64,000 nucleotides of DNA from Candidatus Sumerlaeaceae bacterium (GTDB lineage Bacteria > Sumerlaeota > Sumerlaeia > Sumerlaeales > Sumerlaeaceae). Under the pieces are notes generated by a model. It searched no databases. It saw nothing but the letters and a program-made list of their open reading frames with translations, and had not been told where the DNA came from. Below, in pieces: positions 50,437 to 60,341 of this stretch. The position numbers and the translations under genes were made by a program. Each line of letters starts with the position of its first letter. Position 1 is the first letter of the stretch. The DNA lies in the NCBI GenBank assembly GCA_051003195.1, contig JBPCLP010000016.1, positions 37,086 through 101,085 of the forward strand, written 5' to 3'.

Positions 50437-53400
50437 CTACACCGCTCCAAGCGCCTGCATCACCCGAACCGCCTCCGCGAGCGGGCGGCGGCAGTCCCAG
50501 TCCTTGTAACTGAATTCCAGCGCGTTCGGATCATCGGCGAAGATCTTCGGGTTGTCGCCTTTAATAAGCCTTTGCCCTCGCGCGCCCAAATCCTGCAACA
50601 CGCCCGGACGATGAAGCTTAAACCCGTTCTTTAGTCCGACCACCTTGCGCAACTCCAGCTTTCGCCCCACAATCCGCATACGTGCAATGTTGAACAGGTT
50701 GTCGACAGCTTCGGGGAGGTCTTCAACAACTGCCGCTTTGCGGGCCGGTTTTGCTTTCGTTGTGCCGGCCCCGACCAGTGCGAGTTGCGGAATTTCGCGA
50801 CGAACTTCACCATAGCGATCCCGCACTTCCGCGGCAATTTCGTCCAGCTCCTCCAGTGTTCGCGCCTCGGCAATTCGTTTGTACAGCATCACGCGCTGAC
50901 TCTCAACGGGGACAAACTCCGGCGGCACGTATGCGCTCACCTTCCATTGAATTTCAACATCCCGACTCTGCTCCTCGCGTTGCTCTCCGCGCATCTCTTC
51001 CACGGCGTCTTCCAGCATTTTGCAGTAAAGCTCGAAGCCCACCGCGTTCATGCTGCCATGCTGCTCTTTGCCGAGCAGATTTCCCGTTCCACGGATCTCC
51101 ATATCGCGCATCGCGATATTGAATCCGACGCCGAGCTCAGTAAATTCCTCGATCGCCTGCAGCCGCGCCACCGCGTGCTCCGTGATCGCCTGCCCGGCAG
51201 GCACGACAAGATAAGCATAGGCCCGCCGGTTCTCGCGCCCTACGCGTCCACGTAACTGGTACAACTGCGCCAGGCCGAACGCATCTGCCCGGTTGATTAT
51301 AATCGTGTTCACGTTCGGGATATCGATCCCGCTCTCGATGATCGTGGTAGAGACAAGAATGTCATATTTCTGGTCAACGAAATCGAGGATGATCTGTTCC
51401 AGATCATGCTCATTCATTTGCCCATGTGCGACCACAATGCGCGCAGTCGGAACAATCTCGCGAATCTTCTCCGCGATCGCATTGATATTCTGCACACGGT
51501 TATGCACGAAGTAAACCTGACCCCCGCGGTTAAGCTCGCGCAGAATCGACTCCTCGATCTGCTCCCGGTCCCAGTGGATTATCTTCGTTTTTATGGGATG
51601 CCTGTCCGCTGGTGGAGTATTGATAACCGACATATCGCGCAACCCGCTGAGCGCCATGTATAGCGTGCGCGGGATCGGTGTTGCCGTAAGTGTCAGGAAG
51701 TCCACACTCGCGCGTATCTCTTTCAGCCGCTCCTTGTGCGAAACACCGAACCGCTGTTCCTCGTCCACCACGACCAGGCCGAGGTCTTTGAATTGCACAC
51801 TTTTGGACAGAAGCTGATGCGTGCCGATCACCATGTTCACGCTTCCGTCGGCGAGACCCTTCTGAACCTCGCGCGTTTCCTTCGGCGTGCGGAATCGCGA
51901 AAGCATCTCGACTTTCATCGGATAATCGGCAAAGCGTTCCCGGAAGTTATCATAGTGTTGCCGGGCAAGAATCGTGGTCGGGCACAGCAAGGCGACTTGT
52001 TTGTTGTCGGTAATCGCTTTAAACGCCGCGCGGATCGCCACTTCCGTTTTCCCATATCCTACGTCGCCGCACACCAGGCGGTCCATTGGCTTGTCGCTCG
52101 CCATGTCCCGCTTCACATCCTCAATCGCGCGCATCTGGTCGGGCGTTTCCTGGTAGAGGAAGGATGACTCAAATTCGTTCTGCCAGACGCTGTCACTCCC
52201 ATAGGCATAACCACGCGCTGCGGCCCTGCGCGCATGGAGTTGAAGCAGCTCGCCCGCGAGTTTCTTTACATCCTCTTCGCTCTTCTGCCGGCGGTGCGTC
52301 CACTTCTTTGATCCCAGCTTGTCCAGCGCAGGCGGTGCCGATTCAGCGACGGAGTACTTCTGCACGTATGCGATTTTCTCGACAGGCACAAGCAATTTGT
52401 CGTTGTCCGCGTAACTCAGCTCGACAAAGTCGGTCACCTTTCCGTCGACGCTCTGTGTACGAATTCCTTCAAATCGCCCGATGCCATGCTCCAGGTGCAC
52501 GACGTAGTCGCCCTTGCGAATCTCGCGCGCATCGGCAATCGGTGCGCCCTTGTAAATCTTTCGGTAAACATGTCGCCTCTTGTATCGACCGAAAATCTCG
52601 CGGTCTGTTACAAGATACAGGTTCCCCTCCGGCATAATGAAGCCGCTGTGCAGCATTCCTACCGCAACGATGACGTCGCGAGTGGTGTCCGCATTTTCCA
52701 ATATCGGACGTGGGTTAGAATCCATGCAGATCATCGAGCCGATGACGTTCTCGCGCAGCATCTCGTCCATTCGCTGCGCCTGGCCATCGTTGTCGCAGAT
52801 GATACCCACTAAATATCCGTCGGCGATGCGCTTGCGAATCTGGGTGATATAGTGTTCCAGCGAAGGCTTTGTCGTCTCGAAGCTGGTCGTTTCGAAAGTA
52901 ACGCCGGTGCGCGCCACGCCCTCGATTATCAGGCTGTGGTGAACTTGCACAAGCCGCCCCGCTGCTTTTTGCACATCCTTCAGGTTGGCATAAACGAAAT
53001 CGCCCTGCGGCAGGTCAGGATGCTCTTTCAAATGCTCTTTGTACTGGCGCTCAACCAGTTGCTGAAACCGGTCGTCCAGCACCTGGTAAACTTCGGGATG
53101 ATCAAAAATAAGCAAAGTATCGGCGGGCAAAACGTCGAGCAGTGTAGGTAATTGCGAAATCTGACTTTTAAATTCAGAACTGATGAGCACGCTTTCACGC
53201 GCTGGCAAAATTACGAGCCGCTCGATGTTATCGCTGCCACGCAACGATCTCTGCGTGTGGACGTCAAAGGCACGCATCGATTCAATCTCGTCGCCGAAGA
53301 GGTCAATGCGAAACGGGTTCTCTGCATCCAGGGGAAAGATATCCAGGATTCCGCCACGCACTGCGAATTCACCACGGGCCTCGACCGTCGGCACCCGCTC

Positions 53401-53967
53401 GAATCCCAGATCCGCAGCGCGCTCGGCAAATGCTTCCGGCTCCAGGCGCTGTCCCCACTCGATCTGCAGAATAAGGCTCTTCAATATTGGCAGCGGCGCT
53501 ACGCGGGTGAACAGCGCCTCAATCGATGTCACACAAACAGCCGAACCCCGGCAATCCTCCTTCTTCGCTTCTGCACAGTCCACCAGATGGTGAAGGAACT
53601 CGAGGTGTTTAACCTGCTCTTCGAGTAAAGGCTCATCCTCATCGTAGGGAAGCGCCTGGGATTTTGGATAATGAAACGTGCGCTCGACGCCAAAGAATTC
53701 CAGGTCGTCGTAGATCTCCGCCGACCGCTCGTAGTTGCCAGTCACCACCAGCATAAGCGGATGCTGAAGCCGCGAATCCGATCCGTTTCCTTTCACTGGT
53801 TCCTCGGCATGCGCCAGCGCCGCCGCAACCGCGCTGAAGCTCGATGCGCGCAGCCCCTTTGCGGCCACCGCCTTTCCCGCCTTGGCTGACTCAATCCCTG
53901 CCGCCAGGCGCGCAAAGGCCGGCGACTCTTTTACACCGGCAATGAGAAGCTTCTGTAATCCGTTCAT
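50437..53967 (-). CDS. mfd: Transcription-repair coupling factor (start uncertain)
   Basis: GEFAVRGGILDIFP, GDYVVHLEHGIG (RID), CGDVGYGKTEVA, DEEQRFG, QLYQLRGRVGR, TRCF domain. Confidence 0.97.
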   Translation of the reverse strand: MNGLQKLLIAGVKESPAFARLAAGIESAKAGKAVAAKGLRASSFSAVAAALAHAEEPVKGNGSDSRLQHPLMLVVTGNYERSAEIYDDLEFFGVERTFHYPKSQALPYDEDEPLLEEQVKHLEFLHHLVDCAEAKKEDCRGSAVCVTSIEALFTRVAPLPILKSLILQIEWGQRLEPEAFAERAADLGFERVPTVEARGEFAVRGGILDIFPLDAENPFRIDLFGDEIESMRAFDVHTQRSLRGSDNIERLVILPARESVLISSEFKSQISQLPTLLDVLPADTLLIFDHPEVYQVLDDRFQQLVERQYKEHLKEHPDLPQGDFVYANLKDVQKAAGRLVQVHHSLIIEGVARTGVTFETTSFETTKPSLEHYITQIRKRIADGYLVGIICDNDGQAQRMDEMLRENVIGSMICMDSNPRPILENADTTRDVIVAVGMLHSGFIMPEGNLYLVTDREIFGRYKRRHVYRKIYKGAPIADAREIRKGDYVVHLEHGIGRFEGIRTQSVDGKVTDFVELSYADNDKLLVPVEKIAYVQKYSVAESAPPALDKLGSKKWTHRRQKSEEDVKKLAGELLQLHARRAAARGYAYGSDSVWQNEFESSFLYQETPDQMRAIEDVKRDMASDKPMDRLVCGDVGYGKTEVAIRAAFKAITDNKQVALLCPTTILARQHYDNFRERFADYPMKVEMLSRFRTPKETREVQKGLADGSVNMVIGTHQLLSKSVQFKDLGLVVVDEEQRFGVSHKERLKEIRASVDFLTLTATPIPRTLYMALSGLRDMSVINTPPADRHPIKTKIIHWDREQIEESILRELNRGGQVYFVHNRVQNINAIAEKIREIVPTARIVVAHGQMNEHDLEQIILDFVDQKYDILVSTTIIESGIDIPNVNTIIINRADAFGLAQLYQLRGRVGRENRRAYAYLVVPAGQAITEHAVARLQAIEEFTELGVGFNIAMRDMEIRGTGNLLGKEQHGSMNAVGFELYCKMLEDAVEEMRGEQREEQSRDVEIQWKVSAYVPPEFVPVESQRVMLYKRIAEARTLEELDEIAAEVRDRYGEVRREIPQLALVGAGTTKAKPARKAAVVEDLPEAVDNLFNIARMRIVGRKLELRKVVGLKNGFKLHRPGVLQDLGARGQRLIKGDNPKIFADDPNALEFSYKDWDCRRPLAEAVRVMQALGAV

Positions 53968-54150
53968 AGTTCCCGTAAACACGCGTATCCCCACACCCCT
54001 CGTGTCGGAGAGGCGTGAGGCTTTGACGTTAGGTTGAGCCTGGACCACCCTTCAGGCTTTTGAGACTAGGCACTGGAATACGCGCTATTCAGTCATTCAT
54101 GCGGATGCCGTATTGACAGACATGATCATGGCCCCGATGGCTTGCCCGCG

Positions 54151-57100
54151 ATGAGCCATCCCGCGCATGGACCAGACCGGCATCCGCGCGCTGGCGCCCG
54201 ACTGTTGCATTTCTGGCATTATGCGTTCGCGTTCCTCTTCACCCTCCTCTTCCACTTTCCATTAGCGTCTCCCGTAGGCGGAATGACAGGTGAATGGGAC
54301 GATATTTACACGCTCCACGCGCCCTATCGCCAAATCTGCGCGGACGCGGTGCGCCACGGCAGATTGCCAGAATGGACCGACGCCCTCTTCTGTGGTTTTC
54401 CGTTCTTCTCCGCCTCCGAAGTCGCTTTTTTCTTCCCATCCAACCTGCTGCTCGCCCTCGCCGGATTTTTTCCGGACACTCAGAACAAGGTCGACTACTA
54501 TGTTCTCGGCCATCTGATCTTTCTCGCCCTGGCCAGCACGTTTCTCGCACGCAGCTTCGGACTTTCGCGATTCGCCGCCGTTGTCGCCGCGCTGGTGTGC
54601 TCTTACAACGGCTACATCTGCCAGCACATCGGCCATGTGAATCTTTATCAGACCATTGCCTGTGGCATGATGGCTGCCGGGCTGCTTCGTCGAATGCCAC
54701 TCGCAGGCCCCGGGGCTTTGCGTTACGCTGTCGGGGCTGGTCTGTTTCTCGGCGCAGCAATTCTGCCAGGTCATTCTCAGACGGTCATGTACCTGTTCTA
54801 CGCGACCGGTTTCGGGACCGTCATCGGGGCAATACTGCTGTGGTTCACTCAGCGTGACGCTAAGGTGTCCGGCCGACTGTTGTTGTATGCAGGCGTCGCC
54901 GTGCTGCTTGCGTTTCTCAGTGCAGCTGTTCAGCTCCTTCCAACCGTTAAGCTGCTGGCGGTGTGCGAACGTCTCGACCTTCCACGCGCAATCGCGTCTG
55001 CCAACGGCGGGGATATCCGTCAACTCGCGTCGTTCCTGCTGCCGGGCTTCTACAAACTGTTGCCGTGGGAACTCGACGCGCCATTGTTCTTCCGACCGAG
55101 CGGCTTCCTTTGGCTCGGCTCCGTCCCGGTTGAGCGTTTTTACCCTCTCGGTCTCACCGCGTTCGTACTAGGCATCGTTGGCTACATTGGTCATTTTAGA
55201 AAGTCCACGGTGCAGGCGCTGTTTTGGGTCAGCGTGTTTCTCGTGGCGTGTTCTTTCACAACCAATCCGACACTCTACTGGTTGCTGTATAACTATTTGC
55301 CGGGGATTAAGGTCGTGAGAATACCCGCGCGCCTGCTGTGGATTTTCTTCTGCCTTTGGAGCCTGCTGGCCGGATACGGCTGCGATGCGCTGTTCACCCG
55401 CACATATAGTCCCGCCTGCAGACGCATCGCTTTGCGCGGGATCCTCATCGTCCTGCTGAGCGCACTCGCCGCAGCCGCGGCTTTCTTTTTCGCACGCTAC
55501 GTCAGCGGCGATTGGACTAAGGCATTCCTGAGGATGTTTGTCATCGATCCTGAACCCGGCGTGCGTGCTCAGCTCGAAAACAACATTCCCGTGCTGGTGC
55601 GCGCGATCCATAGACAGCTGATTTTCGGCGGAATTATCCTTGTCTGCATTATGGGGCTTCTCGCCCTGTCGGGCTCCATTCGTTCCAACGCGATGCGAAC
55701 AACCGCTCGGGCGGGACTGGTCACGGTACTGGCGCTCGAGCTCGCACTCTATGGCTTCTGTCTGAACTATTCCCCCTTCCCATCGCCCGGCAACGGCTAT
55801 CCTCCAAGCGCCTTCACTGCACTTCATCCCGCCCGACCGCCTGCCGGCCGCGTGCACACCCTCAGCCCCGCGTACCGCACAGGCGCTATAAACCTGGCTG
55901 GTATCACGGGGCCGAAGCTTGCAACCGGCTATTGCGCCACCGTGCCAAACTGGACGTCCGCCATGATGAGCTGGGTCATCCCGCCCTGGCGCCTGCCGCT
56001 GGATGAAACCCTGTTGGACCTCACCTGCGTTTCCGATATTATCTATCCGATTTATCGGAAGCGCGTGCAACTGTCCGGCAATTCGGTCAGCGTATATGAT
56101 GCTGGCGGCACGCTGTTACAACCCGCCAGCAGCAGCGGTTTCCAGAAGGGTTATCCTTCCACAATGGTTCTCAGCAGCGGCACAACCGAAGTCGTTAAGG
56201 CCATTCACTTTCTCGGCGCAACGAGTGGATCCCTTGAGTTCGGTGACGGGCTGCTGGTAGGAAAACTGGAAGTCATTTCCACCGGAACGGCAGCTCGGCA
56301 TTCCTTTGATATGCGCCTCGGTGCGAACATCAGCGATCTCGACCATGACACTTTTTTGCCGGAGTACGCGGCCCAACACTCCCGCGCAACCGTCGGCTAC
56401 AAACAGCTCGTCAATATGATGGCTGACTACGCCGCCCAGCGGGACATTTGCCGGACCTCGTTCGCCCTCGATCCGCCAACCTCAATCAGCGAAATTCAAA
56501 TAACGGCCCTCGCCAGCCCGGTCGATCTGTACGTTTCCCAGGTGTTACTTGAAACCACCACCGGGACGCGCGCCCTCCGACCACGCATCAGCGCCGCCTT
56601 CCGCGATATACGTCCCGGCAATCCCAAGTGGCGCGTTCTCCATCGCGATAATCCTCCCCCCCTTGCGCGGTTGCTGCCCACTGCGCATCCATCCAGTTAC
56701 AAGCGAATGAACCACGTGACCGCTCGACTGGTGTCTCCAGGGTATAACGCCAACCGCGATCTTTTCGTCAATCGTGCCGAATTTACCACAAGCGCATTGG
56801 GAAACCTCAATGCGCCCCAGCCTGAAAGCTTCCGGGGCGCCGCAAACATTCTTCCCACCGATAACCCGGCACGCATCCAGATACATACCGACTCCAACCA
56901 GCGCGGCTGGCTATTTTTCTCACAATCGTGGTACCCTGGCTGGACTGCAACTATGGATGGCAGGACCCAGCAGGTCGTACGTACGAACGGGGCGTTCCTC
57001 GGGATGCCTGTCCCCGCGGGCAGGCACACCATACAAATGTCTTTCAATACACCATGGCTGATAACAGGGTCAGTTATCTCGGGACTCTCAGTTAGCGCTG

Positions 57101-57159
57101 GTTTCCTTTGCCTGCTTCTGTCCGGCCGACGAAAGCCGCGCCATCCCTTTACCTCCTGA
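54151..57159 (+). CDS. YfhO-family multi-pass membrane protein (GT-C-like)
   Basis: GRLPEW..FCGFPF, GHSQ, AVQLLPT, RIPAR, C-terminal SWYPGWTATMDG..VPAGRH. Confidence 0.8.
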   Translation: MSHPAHGPDRHPRAGARLLHFWHYAFAFLFTLLFHFPLASPVGGMTGEWDDIYTLHAPYRQICADAVRHGRLPEWTDALFCGFPFFSASEVAFFFPSNLLLALAGFFPDTQNKVDYYVLGHLIFLALASTFLARSFGLSRFAAVVAALVCSYNGYICQHIGHVNLYQTIACGMMAAGLLRRMPLAGPGALRYAVGAGLFLGAAILPGHSQTVMYLFYATGFGTVIGAILLWFTQRDAKVSGRLLLYAGVAVLLAFLSAAVQLLPTVKLLAVCERLDLPRAIASANGGDIRQLASFLLPGFYKLLPWELDAPLFFRPSGFLWLGSVPVERFYPLGLTAFVLGIVGYIGHFRKSTVQALFWVSVFLVACSFTTNPTLYWLLYNYLPGIKVVRIPARLLWIFFCLWSLLAGYGCDALFTRTYSPACRRIALRGILIVLLSALAAAAAFFFARYVSGDWTKAFLRMFVIDPEPGVRAQLENNIPVLVRAIHRQLIFGGIILVCIMGLLALSGSIRSNAMRTTARAGLVTVLALELALYGFCLNYSPFPSPGNGYPPSAFTALHPARPPAGRVHTLSPAYRTGAINLAGITGPKLATGYCATVPNWTSAMMSWVIPPWRLPLDETLLDLTCVSDIIYPIYRKRVQLSGNSVSVYDAGGTLLQPASSSGFQKGYPSTMVLSSGTTEVVKAIHFLGATSGSLEFGDGLLVGKLEVISTGTAARHSFDMRLGANISDLDHDTFLPEYAAQHSRATVGYKQLVNMMADYAAQRDICRTSFALDPPTSISEIQITALASPVDLYVSQVLLETTTGTRALRPRISAAFRDIRPGNPKWRVLHRDNPPPLARLLPTAHPSSYKRMNHVTARLVSPGYNANRDLFVNRAEFTTSALGNLNAPQPESFRGAANILPTDNPARIQIHTDSNQRGWLFFSQSWYPGWTATMDGRTQQVVRTNGAFLGMPVPAGRHTIQMSFNTPWLITGSVISGLSVSAGFLCLLLSGRRKPRHPFTS

Positions 57160-57242
57160 GCCGAGAAAGCGCCTCGCTCTCGAATAAGATGGCAGCTATT
57201 GGCCTACAAAATCGCGCTGAACCGACCACGTTCAGCCGACGC

Positions 57243-57332
57243 GGAGAGGTGGCCGAGTGGTTGAAGGCGCTCGCCTCGAAAGCGAGTTTACCTGCAAGGG
57301 TAACCAGGGTTCGAATCCCTGCCTCTCCGCCA
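57243..57332 (+). tRNA. tRNA-Ser(CGA)
   Basis: GGAGAGG/CCTCTCC acceptor stem + GCCA; anticodon CGA at 57277-57279; long variable arm; GGTTCGAATCC T-arm. Confidence 0.97.
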
Positions 57333-57440
57333 TTGTGATTTTATGCGCTCGCACCTGCTGGTCGGCAATGCATTTACTCGTTTACACAACTAAGGAATGT
57401 GCCTTGCACCGGAGTTTCAAATACAGCAGCGTGCACTCAA

Positions 57441-58349
57441 ATGACTAAGAGTCGACATGCCGCGCACAATGACAAGCGCGCCATATTTTGTTTAGCAGTT
57501 CAAATTTCATTAGTACTCTTGTTCATCGGCGGCGGCGCCTCGCGCGCGCAGAACACAGGCGAAAGTTCCACGAGCAGGGCGCTCAGCGTGATGACATTCA
57601 ACATTCGCTACGACAATCCCCAAGACGGACCTGACCGGTGGTATGAGCGTAAGCCACGCACGATGCAGGTGCTCGCCCGCCTCAAGCCAGACGTCATCGG
57701 GCTGCAGGAAGCGCTGCTCAACCAGGTGGACGATCTGCTAACCTCATTTCCTTCGTACAGCGCACTTGGCGTTGGGCGCGATGATGGGCGTTGCGCAGGC
57801 GAATACTCGGCGATCTTCTACGACACCACACGACTGCAGGCGCTGCGCTCCGACACGTTCTGGCTTTCTGAAACGCCAGAGATTCCCGCTTCTAACCAGT
57901 GGGGGATGGGCTGTGTAAGAATCTGTACGTGGGCGCATTTCAAAGATTTGAAAACAGGCAAATTCTTTTACCTGTATAATACTCACCTCGATCACAAGTC
58001 ACAGCCGGGTCGTGAAAAAAGCGCTGCGCTTATCCTGGACCGCATCAGGAAACGCGCACCCAAAGATCCAGTGCTCCTGACCGGGGATTTCAATACTTCC
58101 GAATCGAACCCGGTCAGCACAACCATCCGCGCAGCAGGCTATCGCGATACCTTTCGGGTCATTCATCCCGATGCGACTGAGGTAGGAACCACGAACGCCT
58201 TCAAAGAAACGACTGAACCGAACAAAATCGATTACGTGTACGTCGATGATGATTGGGAGGTTCACCAGGCCGACATCGTGAGGGATAAGGTCGACGGACG
58301 CTGGATTTCTGATCACCTGCCTGTTACAGCCGCCGTGGCGCTGCGCTGA
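57441..58349 (+). CDS. Endonuclease/exonuclease/phosphatase family protein (secreted; start uncertain)
   Basis: VMTFNIRY, DVIGLQE, TFWLS, NTHLDH, TGDFN, IDY, SDHLPV. Confidence 0.9.
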   Translation: MTKSRHAAHNDKRAIFCLAVQISLVLLFIGGGASRAQNTGESSTSRALSVMTFNIRYDNPQDGPDRWYERKPRTMQVLARLKPDVIGLQEALLNQVDDLLTSFPSYSALGVGRDDGRCAGEYSAIFYDTTRLQALRSDTFWLSETPEIPASNQWGMGCVRICTWAHFKDLKTGKFFYLYNTHLDHKSQPGREKSAALILDRIRKRAPKDPVLLTGDFNTSESNPVSTTIRAAGYRDTFRVIHPDATEVGTTNAFKETTEPNKIDYVYVDDDWEVHQADIVRDKVDGRWISDHLPVTAAVALR

Positions 58350-58436
58350 AGAAGCATCGCCCTTCCGTACATTGAATCACTTGCTCAAAGATAGACGTCC
58401 GATTTCGGCCGCTCGTATGGGCTCCATGATAACGAC

Positions 58437-59561
58437 ATGAATCACCGGATTGAAATCGCAGCCATGCTTTGCGTTGGTGGGCTCATCCTGAACGCCGTCG
58501 TGACGGACACCGCGTCGGGATTACCAGCCCCGTCTGCCACTTCCAGCACGCAATCCGCTGAGCATGACACCAGTGTGCCGAATCAGAAGCTCCTATCCAG
58601 TTTGAGCGCGGAAGATGGGCTCAATTCGGCACACAAAACCGAATATAAATTAACGGTAGACCACACCAGTACATCGCCCACACGCAAGCTTGTCGCCCCG
58701 CCAGGCGTGATTATCCAACAGGACGTTGCGTATCTGCCTGCGGACCGAGCGGAGAAACTCGACCTTTACCTGCCGGAGCATCGAGCTGCCATCGCGCGCT
58801 CTCCCGCCATTCTCAACATTCACGGCGGCGGCTGGTCAGGCGGAGATAAGGCAGGTCGCCGCGAATACGTGAGCTGCTGCGCCCTTGCCGCGCACGGCTA
58901 CGTTTGTGTCAGCGTCGAGTACATGAAAAAAGAAGGCAGGCGCTGGCCGACAAACCTGCACGACTGCAAGAACGCAGTGCGATGGCTGCGTGTTAACGCA
59001 GACCGGCTTCAGGTCGACCCCGATCGTATCGGTGTCATCGGCGGCTCAGCTGGAGGCCATCTCGCCATGATGGTCGCCTACACTTCCAAAGTGCCGGAGC
59101 TTGAACCTGCTTCGCCGTATCCAGGCATTTCCAATCAAGTTACCGCGTGCGTCAACCTGTACGGCATCGCGAATGTCGCAACCCGGCAAGGCACCGATAA
59201 ACAAGGCGTACCCGACGGGAAGATCCGCAACGTCTCTGCACTATTTCCCGAAACTCTTGCCGAAGCACCGGAGAAATGGAAACGCGCGTCACCCGTGACA
59301 TATGTGACGCGCGACTGTCCGCCGACACTGACCATTCATGGCACGGGCGACACTACCGTCGATCGCGACCAGGCGCACGAACTCAATCGTCTTCTAACCG
59401 AACATGGCGTTGAGCATGAGTACATCGAACTGCCTGGCGTCGGCCACGCGTTTGCTCTCGACGCATCCTCGTTGCCGCGCGACCTGCGGCCAGAAATGAT
59501 TGCCTTCTTTGATAAACATCTGAGTTCGACTGCGGCGTTAATACGGAACACTGCAGACTAA
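58437..59561 (+). CDS. Secreted alpha/beta hydrolase (HSL-like esterase) carrying an in-frame repeat insertion
   Basis: HGGGW, GGSAGGH, HGTGD..V, GVGH. Confidence 0.9.
   Translation: MNHRIEIAAMLCVGGLILNAVVTDTASGLPAPSATSSTQSAEHDTSVPNQKLLSSLSAEDGLNSAHKTEYKLTVDHTSTSPTRKLVAPPGVIIQQDVAYLPADRAEKLDLYLPEHRAAIARSPAILNIHGGGWSGGDKAGRREYVSCCALAAHGYVCVSVEYMKKEGRRWPTNLHDCKNAVRWLRVNADRLQVDPDRIGVIGGSAGGHLAMMVAYTSKVPELEPASPYPGISNQVTACVNLYGIANVATRQGTDKQGVPDGKIRNVSALFPETLAEAPEKWKRASPVTYVTRDCPPTLTIHGTGDTTVDRDQAHELNRLLTEHGVEHEYIELPGVGHAFALDASSLPRDLRPEMIAFFDKHLSSTAALIRNTAD
58570..58669 (+). mobile_element. MITE-like repeat copy inserted in frame in a CDS
   Basis: CCAG-TGTGCCGAATC-38nt-AATTCGGCACAC-31nt-CCAG; the 96-nt period equals 32 codons. 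Confidence 0.88.
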
Positions 59562-59590
59562 AGATTCAGCTCGCTGGCAGCATCCCGGTA

Positions 59591-60307
59591 TTACTCACCT
59601 TTTTTCGACGAATGCTTCACCAGCACGACTTCTCCGTCGCGAATCAACCCGACCCCCGGCGCATAATATTTATGTTCAATGTGACCGGGTTCCAGGGGGT
59701 TCGTCTCTTCAACCTTCAGCACGTTGGTGAAATCACCGGCGGGAACTTTAAGCGTTCCGCTGGTGGAGATATTTTCAGCACGGTCCATGGCGTGTTCGGG
59801 TGAAATCTCCTGGTAGTAGCGGGCCCCGATCAGTGCACTGCCTGGCATGATTAGACCATACTTGGCGCCATCCTTGCCCGCTTCCCAGGAGCCTGGGTCT
59901 GCCACCGGTTTCCCGTCCTTATACTTTGTCGATTCCTCGCCAAAGTAATACACGTTGTTCGTGCGTTTGCTGATGGCGAAATAATTGCGCGAGACTTCCG
60001 TCAGCTTGCCGCCTTCCATCTCGCGTTCCTCCACAATCCGCGTCTCTACTCCGTCCACCATCTTCGTCTCGTTAAGCACAGTGATCTTCACCGTTTCGCC
60101 ATCTTCCCCCTCTTTACCGGCGAACTCCAGCGTATACCCCGGCTCCAGAATAAAGTATGGATTGTAGCCCGTGGAAACCAGGTCCGACTTCTCTTCGAAA
60201 AAATCCTCGGTGAACTCCTTCTCTACGAGGCCTTTGCCGCTGGTCGCTGCAAATGCGCTTACCGAAAACGCGGCCAACATCGCGACAAGGTACTTGCTCT
60301 TCGTCAT
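59591..60307 (-). CDS. Conserved secreted hypothetical protein
   Basis: GGGAG RBS; signal peptide; NPYFILEPG, NVYYFGE, GSWEAG, VPAGDF, KYYAPGVGL motifs. Confidence 0.75.
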   Translation of the reverse strand: MTKSKYLVAMLAAFSVSAFAATSGKGLVEKEFTEDFFEEKSDLVSTGYNPYFILEPGYTLEFAGKEGEDGETVKITVLNETKMVDGVETRIVEEREMEGGKLTEVSRNYFAISKRTNNVYYFGEESTKYKDGKPVADPGSWEAGKDGAKYGLIMPGSALIGARYYQEISPEHAMDRAENISTSGTLKVPAGDFTNVLKVEETNPLEPGHIEHKYYAPGVGLIRDGEVVLVKHSSKKGE

Positions 60308-60341
60308 CTCAGTTCTCCCATGTTTTTCATTAAACTGCTTG

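Noticed and set aside
57243..57332. tRNA-Ser as a genomic island integration site
   Set aside because: No integrase and no duplicated tRNA 3' end were seen in the window.
2525..58669. Repeats as a CRISPR array
   Set aside because: Although 37-39 nt separate the arms, the arms are inverted, the inner sequences are homologous to each other, the copies are dispersed and no cas genes are present.
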